DNA from: Octopus sinensis
Lineage: Eukaryota
Length of the DNA: 64,000 nt
NCBI RefSeq assembly: GCF_006345805.1
Contig: NC_043001.1
Coordinates: 8,928,001-8,992,000, forward strand
Direction: 5' to 3'
Part shown: in pieces, positions 40,741 through 53,900 of the stretch
Layout: the number at the start of each line of letters is the position of its first letter
Position numbering within the stretch: position 1 is the first letter of the stretch
The notes under the pieces: model-generated
Database searches by the model: none
What the model was told of the DNA's origin: nothing
Seen by the model: the letters and a program-made list of their open reading frames with translations, nothing else
Translations under genes and position numbers: made by a program

Positions 40741-41459
40741 CCACACTCTGTGTTGAGGTCCGACGTTTCAGGAGGATAGTCTAGGTAGACATCACAGTAC
40801 ATATACCAAGTCGCTATATTTTTCGTCCCTATTTATTTTGTTTTTCTAGAACTATGGTACCGTCAAAGAGATGAGCTACCAAAGTGTACGTAACTCACAG
40901 ATATCACGCCTTCATATTGTCCAGAAATTTCTGCAGGGGGCTATGACAGTTCGAAGGAAATCCATCCATATATGTTCTAAGACTAGACCAAAAGTATTTG
41001 TAATTTGAAACACATCTCGATTCATTCTGACGAAATATTTATCTGATGACAAGTGAAGAAATCACTAAGATTCTGGGAATTGTAAACTATTTTATAATAA
41101 AGAAAGCTACTTATTAATTAGTAAGAAATATGAAACTTTTACAAAAAGAAAATTCTAGACTGTTTATAAATTCTAGATTCAATACATTTTTTAATGAAAA
41201 TACGGTATTTAATGACTCTTACGTTTCGCAAATCTTATTCAATGGAATATCTCAATTTAGTGCAGGGTAACGCATTTCAACGTTTCTTTACAATTTCAGA
41301 AATATAAAGACTGCCCAAGTGTTGACAAAGCTACATTCTACTTATTATAGCCTCAACATAAATACATTGATTCAGGTACCCCTTCATATCTGTAGCGTAG
41401 TGTTGCAGAAGGGAGAGATGGATAAGAAAGGTGGTATCAATTCCCTTACACCCATTGGG

Positions 41460-42230
41460 TATTAACTACAGAACGGTGCCTCGCATCCAACTGTGTCTCC
41501 TCATAACTTACAAGAAAATAGCGTTTTTTAATGAAATGTTCTACACATACATTCCAAAGAGCGTAGATTATGTTTATATCAGAAATTAATATAAAAAATA
41601 TGGCGATGGGGATATTTCACGTTTCTCAATTATCACTCCGTCAAACATTTTGATTATTTCATTAATATTATGTTGAAAAAATAATTCTGAGAACTATTCC
41701 ACTTTTTCCAAATAATTCTCCGAAGGCAATATTTGTAAAAGGTGGAATAGAATTTTGGCACTAATTATTTAGTAGTTATCTCTATAATTTCATCACAATC
41801 TTAGCCTTTCTCCTTTATTTTGTTAAAAAATATGGCAGGAATCATAAGGGATTCTTCAACAAAATTGTAATAAATCAAAATAATGAGGAAACAAAGTTGA
41901 GTTGCAGGAAACATCCGATTCCCCTCTAATATTGCCACACTCAATTCCCATATAATTGGAATCTAAACCATCTCAAATTTATTTGTAGAATATTTTTGCT
42001 TTAAATATCCATCTTTCTGAAAGCTTTAAAGAAACAATTTTGATATGAGTGAATAATCCGGAACTTCTCTTCCCAAAAGTTTTTCACCAAAAATTCCGAT
42101 TTAATCTTAATCTGGACCATCTGAAACTTATTTGTAGAACCTTCCATTTTCAGAAAGTTATGATGAAATCAATTCGGTAGAGCATAATTCTGTTGTTATG
42201 CCCTAAATTTACTGAGTGGCTAAGTATACA
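41460..42230. mobile_element. Old repeat with internal direct and inverted subrepeats, probably a non-autonomous DNA transposon
   Basis: aatct..accatct.aaa.ttatttgtagaa at ~41960 and ~42108, loosely inverted at ~41530-41572; termini not resolved. Confidence 0.35.
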
Positions 42231-42835
42231 TAAATAAAGTAACCAAATAAAAGTTAGACGAAACGAATAAGAAACGTTACTCAAATTAAGGATCAAATGT
42301 GTGAATACCACTTAGCAACTAGCAACAAGTTGTCTGGAGGGTGATCTTTCTGCTCCTAAGCATAAAAGAAGGCACGAAAATATAAGAATATGGAAAATAA
42401 CTAAGAAATATGTGCGATTAAATAATATGAACAAAAACATTAAATGAATAAATAAATATACAAGGTCCCAATTTTCTAAACAGTGGAAAAGATTGGTTTG
42501 TTAGTTATATATCTCATCCTAGACAAAAGATTCACAATTCACTGGAACAAGTGAAGCAGTAATTTGCACGCCATACAAATCACCATTCCAAGACGTGCGT
42601 ACTCGATGTAATTGCCACCAAATAATGTAACACAGTACATCCTCTTTATAATCAATAAACAATAAAAGAACCTAACGCATGATTAACATCCGGCACTTTC
42701 ATATCAGCAATATGGATTCTACAATGTTGCTAGACCTTCATATAATGCAAAACATACAGGTCATATCTTTACTATCCCGGCCAGACAGAAAACATGTAAC
42801 ACTAACAACATAGCACAAACGAAACACATATACTC

Positions 42836-43251
42836 CTATTTCTTTACTACCCACAAGGGACTAAACACAGAAGGGAAAAACAAGGACAGACAAACGGATT
42901 AAGTCAATTATATCGACTCCAGTGCGTAACTGGTACTTAATTTATCGACCCCGAAAGGATGAAAGGCAAAAGCGACCTCGGTGGAATTTTAACTCAGAAA
43001 GTAAAGGCAGACGAAATACTTGTTTCTTTACTACCCACAAGGGGCTAAACACAGAGAGGTCAAACAAAGAGAGATAAACGGATTAAGTCAATTATATCGA
43101 CTCCAGTGCGTAACTGGTATTTATTTAATCGACCCAGAAAGGATGAAAAGCAAAGTCGACCTCGGCGGAATTTGAACTTAGAACGTAGCGGCAGACGAAC
43201 TACGGCAACGCATTTCGCCCGGCGTGCTAACGTTTCTGCCAGCTCGCCGCC
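42836..43251 (-). mobile_element. SINE A head-to-tail dimer
   Basis: Full unit 43251-43020 plus head-less unit 43019-42836; one TSD aacgaaacacata. Confidence 0.92.
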
Positions 43252-43499
43252 AACGAAACACATACAACACTCAAAATAATTACACAGATCACGTTTGACA
43301 TATCCTACAATTCAGACAAAACGCTATACAGTGGATCTTCACCGGCTTCTACGAGGAATATTTAGATCCTTGATCCACTGAACATATGTTTTCGAATTTT
43401 CTCGGAAATCAGCCTGTCAGCAGGTGGCAATAGTTGGTGTTTAAGTTGTAAATAAAATCCATGGATGCACTTCCATGAAAAAGGCATGGGTCACGCTTG

Positions 43500-43500
43500 G

Positions 43501-43564
<64 letters not shown>

Positions 43565-43593
43565 TGATGATAATGATGATGATGATAATAATA

Positions 43594-43626
<33 letters not shown>

Positions 43627-44042
43627 ACAATAATAATAACAATAATAATAATAATCCTTTCTACTATAGGCACAAAGCCTTAAACTTGGGAGGAGGACGC
43701 CATTCAGTTTGATCGCCCTCCCCCAATACGCAACTGGTACTTAATTTACCGACGCCGAAAGCATGAAAAACAAAGTCGACCTCGACGGAATTTGAACTCA
43801 GAACGTAGCATTTTCCAAAACGTAGCGACGGGCAAAATACTGTTACGCATTTTCTCGACGCACTAACAACCCTGCCATCTCGCCGCCTTAACGATGATGA
43901 CGGCAGTGATGACAATAATGATGATAATAATAATAATAATAATAATTAAAAGAAAAAGAAGAAGAAGAAGAAGAAGAAGAAGAATAATAATAATAATAAG
44001 AAGAAGAAGAAGAAGAAGAAGAAGAACAACAACAACAACCAC
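43500..44042. repeat. (AAT)/(GAT)/(AAG)/(AAC) microsatellite split by a minus-strand SINE A (43655-43886)
   Basis: Directly visible. Confidence 0.9.
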
Positions 44043-44259
44043 AAGTACACAGAATATACATTAGTGTGGTTTCAAAAGATAAGTGGCGCCTCCTTGAGAT
44101 TTACTCACCAAGGGTTCTCAAATCCCAAAAACAAAAAAGGAAAAAACACAAGAAAACTAAATAAGTAAACAATACACAAAAGCGGACTGATTTCTGAATC
44201 CATCTTGAAATCAATATCAAAACAAAACGGACGAAGGGAAAAAAATCTGAGTCACAAAT

Positions 44260-44600
44260 ACTTCAGAAATATAAAGACGACAAAAAAAAAGGGAAGTATC
44301 TGAAATCAAAGAATTTCTGAAAGAAGAGATCCTTGCGAAATCGCAAAGTGGCCAGAGATATGAAAAGCGTGATCGATTCTTTGAACAAATCAAACAGTTT
44401 GATTCCAGCATGAAACGATTTTTATCAAGATTTTTTTTTTTTTAGAATATAGAGGAGTAATCAATGAGGAAACATCGACGAAAGATGTTTAAGAATTGTG
44501 GGAAGGAATAGGCGCAGCAGGTGAATGGCTATGGACAAGTTTGGTCAAAAACAATGGACAGAAGAGGAGCTGGAAAAACGTGAAAGCCATAACAATACAA
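44260..44600 (+). mobile_element. Degenerate R4/Dong pre-RT fragment
   Basis: LKEEILAKSQSGQRYEKRDRFFEQIKQF..KRF then WEGI..EWL resemble R4 RRYxKRxxxxxQNxxF and FWxxIW..W motifs. Confidence 0.55.
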
Positions 44601-44695
44601 AAGAAACAAAGATACCACAACGAACAAAAGAATGGACAGAGAGACAAGAAAATGCAAGGATTTCAAACTTATTTTTAGAACAGTTGCCAGAGATA

Positions 44696-44729
<34 letters not shown>

Positions 44730-45274
44730 GGGTGTAAATCATGCTTTAGGTTATTTTATTGCTTATTGTGTGTATGTGCTTATGAATGCATGTATGTATG
44801 TGTGAGAGAGGAAAAGAGAGAGAAGAGAGAGAAAGAGAGGATGATCTTTGTTTCCTTCATTGGACTGCAGCCAAACGGAAGTGCTATCTTGTAAGGTTAC
44901 TGAAATAAATCAACGCCAGTTTTTGTTTGAATAATGCCGCTCCTTGTTCTGTCAGTCTCTTGGCGATTCGCTCTTACCGAATACAATCAGTGGATGTTCA
45001 AACCAAAACAGGTTTTGCAAGAGAAGGGAAATCACATTTCACTGTAAGGATTTCCTATTCTTAGAAGCTGAAGTCTCTAAAGTTTAAAGTATGTTCTTCA
45101 AAGAATGTTTCATCAATATGGCCGAAAAAAAACAAGTGAAATTAATTTTATGTATACCTGTCGCTTATTTCCTTTCCACGACAAGATACGCAACTTTCGA
45201 TTTTAGTCCTCTTAACTGTATTTGACAAGGGATTATCTAGGTTATTATTTACAGAATGTAATATTTCTACATAT

Positions 45275-45475
45275 GAAGGTAGCTATCTGGTAGAATGGTA
45301 AGATCGCAGGGCGAAGTACTTTGCGGGATTTCATCCGGCTTTCCGTTCTGAGCTTTAATTCGGCCGAGATCTTTCTGTGTTTGACTAAATAAGTACCAGT
45401 TATGCACTGAGGTCCATGCAATCGACTTAGCGCATCCTTGAAAATTGCTGATTTTGGGCCACAATTTGAAGCCAA
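45275..45475 (+). mobile_element. Old SINE A with alternative tail
   Basis: Degenerate head; aaataagtaccagtt core. Confidence 0.7.
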
Positions 45476-45550
45476 GTTAATTGGTTGACTCGTCAGCAAG
45501 GCCGGGAAAAACGCATAGTCGTAGTTCGCCTGTCTCATTATGATAGGCCG

Positions 45551-45926
45551 CGTGGAGACGCAATGGCCCAGTGGTTAGGGCAGCGGACTCGCGGTCGTAG
45601 GATCGCGGTTTCGATTCTCAGACCGGGCGTTGTGAGTGTTTATTGAGCGAAAACACCTAAAGCTCCACGTGGCTTCGGCAGGGGATGGTGGTGATCCCTG
45701 CTGTACTTTTTCACCGCAACTTTCTCTCACTCTTACTTCCTGTTTCTGTTGTACCTGTATTTCAAAGGGCCGGCCTTGTCACTCTCTGTGTCACGCTGAA
45801 TATCCCGGAGGTACACGTGTCTGTGGAGTGCTCAGCCACTTACACGTTAATTTCACGAGCAGGCTGTTCCGTTGATCGGATCAACCGGAACCCTCGTCGT
45901 CGTAACCGACGGAGTGCTTCCATTCC
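45551..45926 (+). mobile_element. SINE family C, near full length
   Basis: TSD atgatag(g/a)ccg at 45540 and 45927; small internal deletion relative to the other C copies. Confidence 0.93.
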
Positions 45927-46362
45927 ATGATAGACCGGTGCTACTCGTTACATCCGCAATATTCGCTAATGTTGGTATTCACCCTATAAAATGCATGGCC
46001 TAACATCTAGTTATCTATTATCCAAAGTAGCTGTAATGATAAAACGTCCTGTGAACTGCACGTGAAACTTCTTATATTAATACAATTGAAAAAGGCACTA
46101 CGCTATACAACACAAAATCCACCGTTTGTTCGGTTACATCCACTGACATTATGGCGCATGGTCTCTGTGTGTAACTCTGTGTTAGTAGCAGTATTTTTTA
46201 TATATGACACGAGTAGTTTTCATCAGAGTGGCTCAATCTAATAGATATATATTCTGAGTGCTCAATTCGGTATGACCCTAAAATCTCAGTTTGAACTGGA
46301 CCTTAGCATGTGATTTTGTGACTGCCTTTGAAGAGCATTTCGAATTGGCTTCCCATAAGCAG

Positions 46363-46546
46363 ACAGGTATAGATTAAAACAGAAATGGAAAGGAAAACGG
46401 TTTGCCAAGACTTGACAAAGAGTTCTAATTTAGATAATTAAAAAAAATATATGTCTATAACTTTTATTATATATCTAAGTTCAATGCAATTGTCAAGGTT
46501 TTTTCAAATGGTTTGCCTTTTCATTTCTGTTTTACTCTATACCAGT
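46363..46546. repeat. Degenerate inverted repeat with ~70-bp arms
   Basis: ggtatagattaaaacagaaatgg... vs ...catttctgttttactctatacc. Confidence 0.8.
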
Positions 46547-48178
46547 ATCTTTAATTAATGATTTCCTGATATTGAAAAGCCAGATGAAGAATGTGCACCC
46601 GCTACAAGAAATTCTAGGTATGAAGTATGCCTAGGAGTTGAATCGATCACGAGCAATTTAGAACAGTATATGATCTATTTAATGTTGTCTTTATAATAGC
46701 AATGCCTATATGGTTTTTTAAAATTTTGTTTTGAAGGAAACAGCAATAACATAACTACAAGAGAAGAAATCGAGGTTTCTATTCGTGGAATCAATGCAGG
46801 TTTGTTCTGAGATGTTTTGTTTGTTAACGAGATTTCAATGAAGAGGGTTTCAGAAATTTACTGGGTGATATCAGCTGTGTAAGAGTGGTTGTTGTTGCGA
46901 AAAGGAGATCATTGACATATATGAAAAAGTGTTTTGCGGGGAAAGAAACAAAACGGATGAATCTTGGAGTGACTGCTTATGATAAATAGACGATAGGAAA
47001 AATTGCTGACTTTCTTTGCATTTTAAAAGAAAAATGGATTATTTACCTCAAAATAGTTTTAAGCTGAAATTTAATTCTGTTGGATTAACATAACACGGCT
47101 TTTCATCACCATATATTTGATAAAATATTGTACAGATTCCACTGGCTGTACCACACCTTTTGTCTATCTGTGGCTTGGTGCCAATGCGATAAACATTCAT
47201 TGTGACTGACCTGCTACTTACCTTTCATAGTTTAAGATTTCTTCCATATCAAATCGAGAGGAAAGTAGCAGAGAATGTATTATCTTCCAGTGTCGAATAT
47301 TTATTTCCGAAAATAATAGTTTCCATTTCGTTGCAATACAAGATTTTTGCTCAATCACACATTTTATTGTATTCTGGTTGGAGGTCTTAGTGACCTAATA
47401 CTTATATTATCGCTAGCGCCGCTTGTTTCGCAGCAATATCAATTTCATGGAACAGTTTAGTCAAGTTAAACTTAGGTGTAATCTAATATTAAATCTGGCT
47501 TCCTTCCAGTAGTTTTATCAACATCTATTCCGACATTCTTAGCTGAATTGTTAAATATAGAAATATGCAGTGTATACCTGTTCAATGCTTTCTGTAGCTA
47601 TCATCTTTATGAATGTATACATAATATAGCAACGATTTCTATCAGATCACATTGTAGAGATGTTCCATAAAGCTGTTCAACTTCTTTGTATAAACTAATC
47701 ACTTTCCTTTGTCTAAAGTAATCACTTTTATACATAGACACCATAACTACACGTTAAAAAAACGTACTTCCGATCTCAGAGAACAATACGGAATTATTAA
47801 ATATTGTCAGTACTGATTGCTGAAACATGAAATTTGACGAAGATATCCGACAATGTCCGAATTGCTGAGACGTCAACAGTTCGTTACTTTTCAGCTGCGA
47901 CTCAAAAGCGGGTCAGCCAGTAATGGAGTCTTAACAGATTCGGTTGCTCGGATTTTTAATCATAACAGGTGGATCGCAATTACCTCACACCCTAACAAAT
48001 CAACTAAGGTACAATATATTATATACCGTAATTCGACATACCCCCAAAAAGGACTGACTTTCATCAGAGAGTTGCGTAATGTTGGTATTAAACATTAAGT
48101 AATCGTGAATGATTCAAATCACTTTTTATAAACTTCGACAGCAATTGTCGTCTATTGCAATTAATAAAGTCAGAGCGA

Positions 48179-48472
48179 GGATCTTTTCGCTTTGACCGGC
48201 AGATTTAAAAAATAATTTCTTTGTAACTAAACACTTTTAAACTTCGTATACTGGTAGAAATTATATTCACCTAAATAGACGTCATTGATTGGTTGAAATT
48301 GCCGAAATGCAAGAAATTTAACAACAAATAGCTTACAAACTACAGAATTTTCTCAAGAAAGCCAAGCGAAAAAGATGTTTTATGTAATACATTCTACCAG
48401 TATATGAAGTTTAAAAGTGTTTAATTACAAAGAAATTATTTTTTAAATCTGCCGGTCAAAGTAAAAATATCC
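48179..48472. mobile_element. MITE related to the 31783 element, ~80-bp TIRs, 8-bp TSD
   Basis: TSD cagagcga at 48171-48178 and 48473-48480; left end ggatcttttcgctttgaccggcag. Confidence 0.9.
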
Positions 48473-48924
48473 CAGAGCGATAACCTTAGAAGGTAGTTCA
48501 GTACGTTATAATATATTAGTTCAACCTTGCAGATGAATAACCCCATATAGATTGGTACCCTGTTCAAGGAGAGATGTGGGTTTCAATGACTTCAAGCCAG
48601 CGAAATCGTATAAATGCACCGATTTACTGAATCACGGATTACGTAGAAGTCAACAGACAATATAGCTGAGATTTTGATTCTAAATCGTATGTCTCCCATT
48701 CCAATATTCTCAAATAAGTTATCATTAACATATTTTCTGCTTGCATTTTTATGTAGAGATAACTTCTATTCAGAGCTTCATCAGGGAATCTCAGGAAACG
48801 GGAAATGGATATGTCAGTATAAGATACATAAAGACTCTGGTTAAACGTATTTTAATAAAAGGGAAATGAATACGATCCCGAATCAAATCCTCATGTTTCT
48901 TTATATTGATTTAGATCTTATATT

Positions 48925-49280
48925 TCACCGAAACTGACTTCGCTTATCATCATTTGGTCATAAAAAAGGGCCAGCTGTGTATTGGGATTGATGAAACCAA
49001 CTTGCCTCTCCTCAGAAATTGCTGGCTTTGTGCAAAGATTTGAAAGAAATATTTATGTTTTATAAGGCAGCGAACAGGCAAAACCTTTGACACGCCGAAC
49101 AAAATGCTTAGTGGCATTTCATCCGTCTTTACTTTCTGAGATCAAATGCTACCTAAGTCGGCTCTCCTTTTTATCCTTTCGGAGTTGATAAAATAAGTAC
49201 CTGTTGATTATAGGGGTTCGATGTAATCTACTTGACCCTTTGCCCCAAATTGCTCGCCCTATGTCAAAATTTCGAAACCG
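48925..49280 (+). mobile_element. Two old SINE A copies
   Basis: Degenerate cores; aaggcagcgaacaggca head at ~49064. Confidence 0.7.
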
Positions 49281-50578
49281 ATATCTATACACTATATTCG
49301 TCACAGCTATGTGAATAGAATCAATTTGATTTGCGGAATATGACTGAAGTCAATAGGACATTTCTAAACCAGACACAAAAATTCATATCTATGTTTTCAT
49401 TGATAGAATATATTTTTACTTTCTCGTTTTATTTAGTAAACAATATGTCATATTCTTTTTTAAAACAGAATGAATAACTAGAATGTACTGGTGTAGCCTC
49501 AATTTTGTTTGGCCCCGGCGGAAGGAATTATGCTTATATTACCTAAAAAAGAGAAAGAAATTAAAATTACTTGTATCTCAAGAGAATAGGGAAGAAATAT
49601 AACTATACCGAATTTTTTTCTATCTATTTTATAAAGTTATTTATTTAAAATTTTGTCTATGTACAAAATATATAAACTAATTTAGTCTGTTCACCTGTCG
49701 TACGTATATGTTCGGCTGTCGAGCTAAAAGAAATTGATCTTATCTGAGTTTATGTTTCAGAAATACATTCGGGAATAAATACATATGAATATTTCTTTCA
49801 AATGTTAAGTAGACCTTTTTTTAATAAACATACAATTGTTGTATTGTTGTGAAAAATAATAAAGAAAAGCTAGAATCACATTGCAGGTTCAATCTCTGCA
49901 TTAGTAAATATTTATTCATCTTAAATTAGTTGATTATAGCGTTTATTGGCAAATTTAGTCTGGCTTTTATTGTGGTTGTCTTATCTAAAACCACACGGTT
50001 TAATTATGCGTCTCTATTATTTTAACAATCCTAGTATAATCCTCAAATAATTAATTGTTTAATTTATTCATAATTATTAAGTCGAATAATTAAGATTTAA
50101 TCCTCCGAATTACAGATAAGGAATAAGAGGATAAGATCATAACTTATAAGTATGAAGTGATTTGGGGAAAAAAATTGATTCTACGAAGAACCACAAGTCA
50201 GTTGAGCTGTCTAATCTATAACGATTATACGGATTCTCTGATGTAACCGTCTCTATACCCAGAAACAGACACTGACTTAATATACCATTCGTACTCACTT
50301 CCTGATTCCAAACGAATTTAAATGATAACACGGAAGTTAGGAAGATACATCTTCAACACACGAGAATTCTTCATTGAAAGCCTCACCATTGACATTAAAA
50401 AAAAAACAGGCAAAAATATAACATCAAACACCAGCACATTTCTAAGATGTACGATACAATTATTAATGCAAATATAAATATAAATATTGATATAAATAAA
50501 GATAAGATCGTTATCTAAATATCGAACTTATCAAGAGGCCAGCATGGGAATAAAAACCCAAAGGTAATAATTATTATT

Positions 50579-50723
50579 AAAATTATAATTTAGGGTATCT
50601 AAGAGATACCACCACGCTTGAAATAGCAGCCAAAACTGGACTCTTAAATGTGGTTTTGGAGTCAAGTTTTGGTTGCTATTTCAAGCGTGGTGGTATCTCT
50701 TATATACCCTAAGTTATAATTTT
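50579..50723. repeat. Near-perfect hairpin with ~65-bp arms and 15-nt loop
   Basis: 50579-50643 vs 50659-50723; 4 mismatches by eye. Confidence 0.92.
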
Positions 50724-50864
50724 GTAAATATTGACGGAGAAATAATGTTCGTAACCTATTTAACATGGCAGTCCGTTTGATTGGACTTCACTGCGACTTT
50801 TTAACCCCAAGAGGACATGTGTTGCTGGTTAACGATGCACAGCTGCAACCGAAATATTGCGAGC

Positions 50865-50943
<79 letters not shown>

Positions 50944-51003
50944 CATACATACATACATACATACATACATAAATAGATATATAGAGACAGAGAGAGAGAG
51001 AGA
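50865..51003. repeat. (ATAG)n(ATAC)n(AG)n microsatellite
   Basis: Directly visible. Confidence 0.95.
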
Positions 51004-51044
51004 TAAAAGGGTATTCAGATATAAATGCACACACACACATTGTT

Positions 51045-51700
51045 TCAGAAGGCACTTCAATTTAACAAAACATGTCACTATAACAAATACCGATACAGAC
51101 ATCATTATGAACAGAAGGAAGTCAGTACTCTTTCAAGGGAGATAAGTTACTTGACGTGTAAATGGGGAGCTATGACGCTGTAGATATAGCTGACCGTGTA
51201 AGCCTTTATATCCTAAGTACCCTAAAAAAGAGAATAAAAGAAGCTAACAGGTTCCTACAGGGACGATGACCTGGGAATAGTACAGAATATAAAAACTGAC
51301 ATGATATGGATAGAATAAGGGAAAATATACAAAATATTTAGCCAATTAGGCCTAAGAACCACAATTTGTGCAAACCTTAAAGATGTCAACTTCCTAGTCA
51401 TGAACATGAATCTTAACACAGGAAAATTTAAACCCAACCACAAACAAAATGTGGAAGCCTCGTACATAGATATAAGTTCCAAACGCCCTCCAGCTGTAAG
51501 TAAACAGATGGTTAACAACATTAGCAGGCTTAGCTTCAATTTATCTGTCGACAAATGCACTTCTGAGAAAGCTGCTCCATATTATAATTCTGCATTAGAA
51601 AGGTTCAATTTCAAGAACAGCATACGTTACTTTCAACCAAATATAAATATATCTAGACAACACAGACAAAGATATATCTTATGCTTCAACCCATCGTTTC
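51045..51700 (+). mobile_element. Penelope-like element reverse transcriptase, pseudogenised
   Basis: MGSYDAVDIADRVSLYIL, YRDDDLGI, LGLRTTICANLKDVNFL, LNTGKFKP, KAAPYYNSAL and RYILCFNPSF match PLE motifs MGSYDGAE, YRDDGL, VNFLD and IIWFNPPF. Confidence 0.85.
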
Positions 51701-52355
51701 TAGCAGGCTATACGACATAATATCTGTGACCTTATTTTTTTTTGAACAGGGAATCCAGCACTCCCATCCAGCACGAAACAACATCCGTGGACTAGTTTCT
51801 GGGTTATTGCACTTTATCAACACACAGTAGCTGCTTGGCTAGATTGCGTTGCTCAACTCACCGATCGAATACATAGTTTTGAAAGTGACACACAGTCAAT
51901 GATCTAAAAATAGAAATAGTATTTCTAAATCTCTCAAAGAGAGACATTCAGTAACAGTTTTTTAAAGTGAAGGCTATTTGTCAATGTGGCTGCCCAGGAA
52001 GGGACAACGAGACTGTTGTCTTAGCTCCTGGAAACATCGTTTGTAGCTGGCTATACGACACAATATCTGTGTCCTTATATTTTCGAACAGGGAGTCCGGC
52101 ACTCCCATCCAGCGCAGAACAAATCTGTGGACTAGTTTCTGGATTATTGCTTCTTATCAACACAGTAACATCGTCACTTTCAGGACAGCCACATTATGTT
52201 GGCAAACAACCTTTACTTTAAAGAGCTGTTACTGAATTTATTTCTTTGAGAGATTTAGAAATAATAATATTTCTAATTTTAGATCAGTGACTGTGTCACT
52301 TTGAAAACTATATATTCGAACAGTGAGTTGATCAACGCCATCTAGACAAGCAGCT
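51692..52355. repeat. Interleaved direct and inverted duplication A-B-A-B'
   Basis: A 51692-51829 ~ 52035-52167 (direct); B 51829-52018 ~ reverse complement of 52161-52355. Confidence 0.85.
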
Positions 52356-52649
52356 CCCCTGAACCTATGTTTGCTGTGTACTATCATATAAGATTGTAGA
52401 TGAAGTCAAACTGCTATAATATCCAGATACAACAATGAAATGTTAATTTTGTTTACATTCTAGGGGTCGAGAATTGTCGCAACATCACTGAATGTGGTAC
52501 GATTCAATGGTACTAAAAGTGGTACCATACAATGCAATTTAACACACTCGTATATCTTTATAATTACGTGGGTTGAATTCTTCATTTCTAACCATTTATG
52601 AAAAGATTTCACTGATGTTTGAATCAATATGAGTTAGAGAATAAGTTTA

Positions 52650-53900
52650 CTATATATTGTTCTTTTCGCTTTCCTAACATGATTACGAAAAATAATGTTA
52701 AATTCACAAAATTTGATTCCATATGCACTTAGGAACCATTGTGCCAGTACAAAATACGCTTTCCTCTTGGGTATAACTTTAAGATAGATGTTCTTGCGTA
52801 AGCTAACATACACACGATAAGTTATAATGTTTCGCTGCATGAGGTTATCGAATTCATAGCAATATTTCCAGTAAAGAATTGCCCACATTTTGTTATCACA
52901 CAAAGTTAGTGGTCACATTAAAGAAAAATATCGTAAGTGGTTTAATTATACGAAGTCTGCTTCAACTCATACCAGAACAAAAGAATAATGGATCCTCTTG
53001 ACATTTGCAATGGATTTCGAAAAATTTCTGTATCATCTTCTTTGGTTCAAGCATATATTTTACCTATTAAATCATGCTAAAATCTGCGGTTTCAAGTCGG
53101 AAGCTGTCTAGTAATAGATAACCAAGTGTAAAATAGTTTCAGATATATTTTAACGATTCTCCGTATCTGATTGTATTGTAGAGGTGTTGTTTCAAGTTTT
53201 GAAACCATATTTCTTATTCCCAGTTTTATAATATTCTTCCTACAATCTTTTAAATAAATGAGCGAATTATGTGACACCTGGGATTCATTTAGCATCTACT
53301 TCGATTCATTTCCCAATTTTAATTAACCCACTTACTATAACTGATTCATTTTTTTTCTAGCCAATATATTTTGTATACAGCTCTAATCTTAGAGTTTAAG
53401 AGGTCATTTTCACCTTATTTTATAGTTTTCTTAAATCTATCGCTCTTTATGATATTTGTTCTTATTTACGCCGATGAATCAATAGTTATTCCCTTGAGGA
53501 CTTCAATGTTTATGGCTGCACTATTGAATAATTGATTGACTTTTTATCGCCCTGACTTTTTATCTCCCAGCCATGGACTGCTTTGCAAACAATTCTTCGA
53601 CTCTTATCTAAATGTATACTTTCCGTGTTTCTGATAGTCCTTTTCCCACGAGGGAAATTTTTATTTTTTTTATCAATTTTACTGTACATCTGCGTTTGCT
53701 TATCCATAAAACTACTACCGTTTACCCTTTTGTATTCTGATTGACTGTTGTGTTAAACTATATATCTTCTTGCCAATATTATATTTCCTGCTGAACGCCA
53801 TTATATTTCAATCTTAATATCCTGGCGTAGTTATATCCTTTCCGGAAATTTATTCAAATGAAATTTTATTTACGTATCACATTTGAAATTTCACAAAATT
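52650..53900 (-). mobile_element. Highly degenerate L1/Tx1-like LINE 3' remnant
   Basis: RILRLKY/YWQE-like post-RT remnants and a possible Cys-finger relic; A-rich sense strand. Confidence 0.25.
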
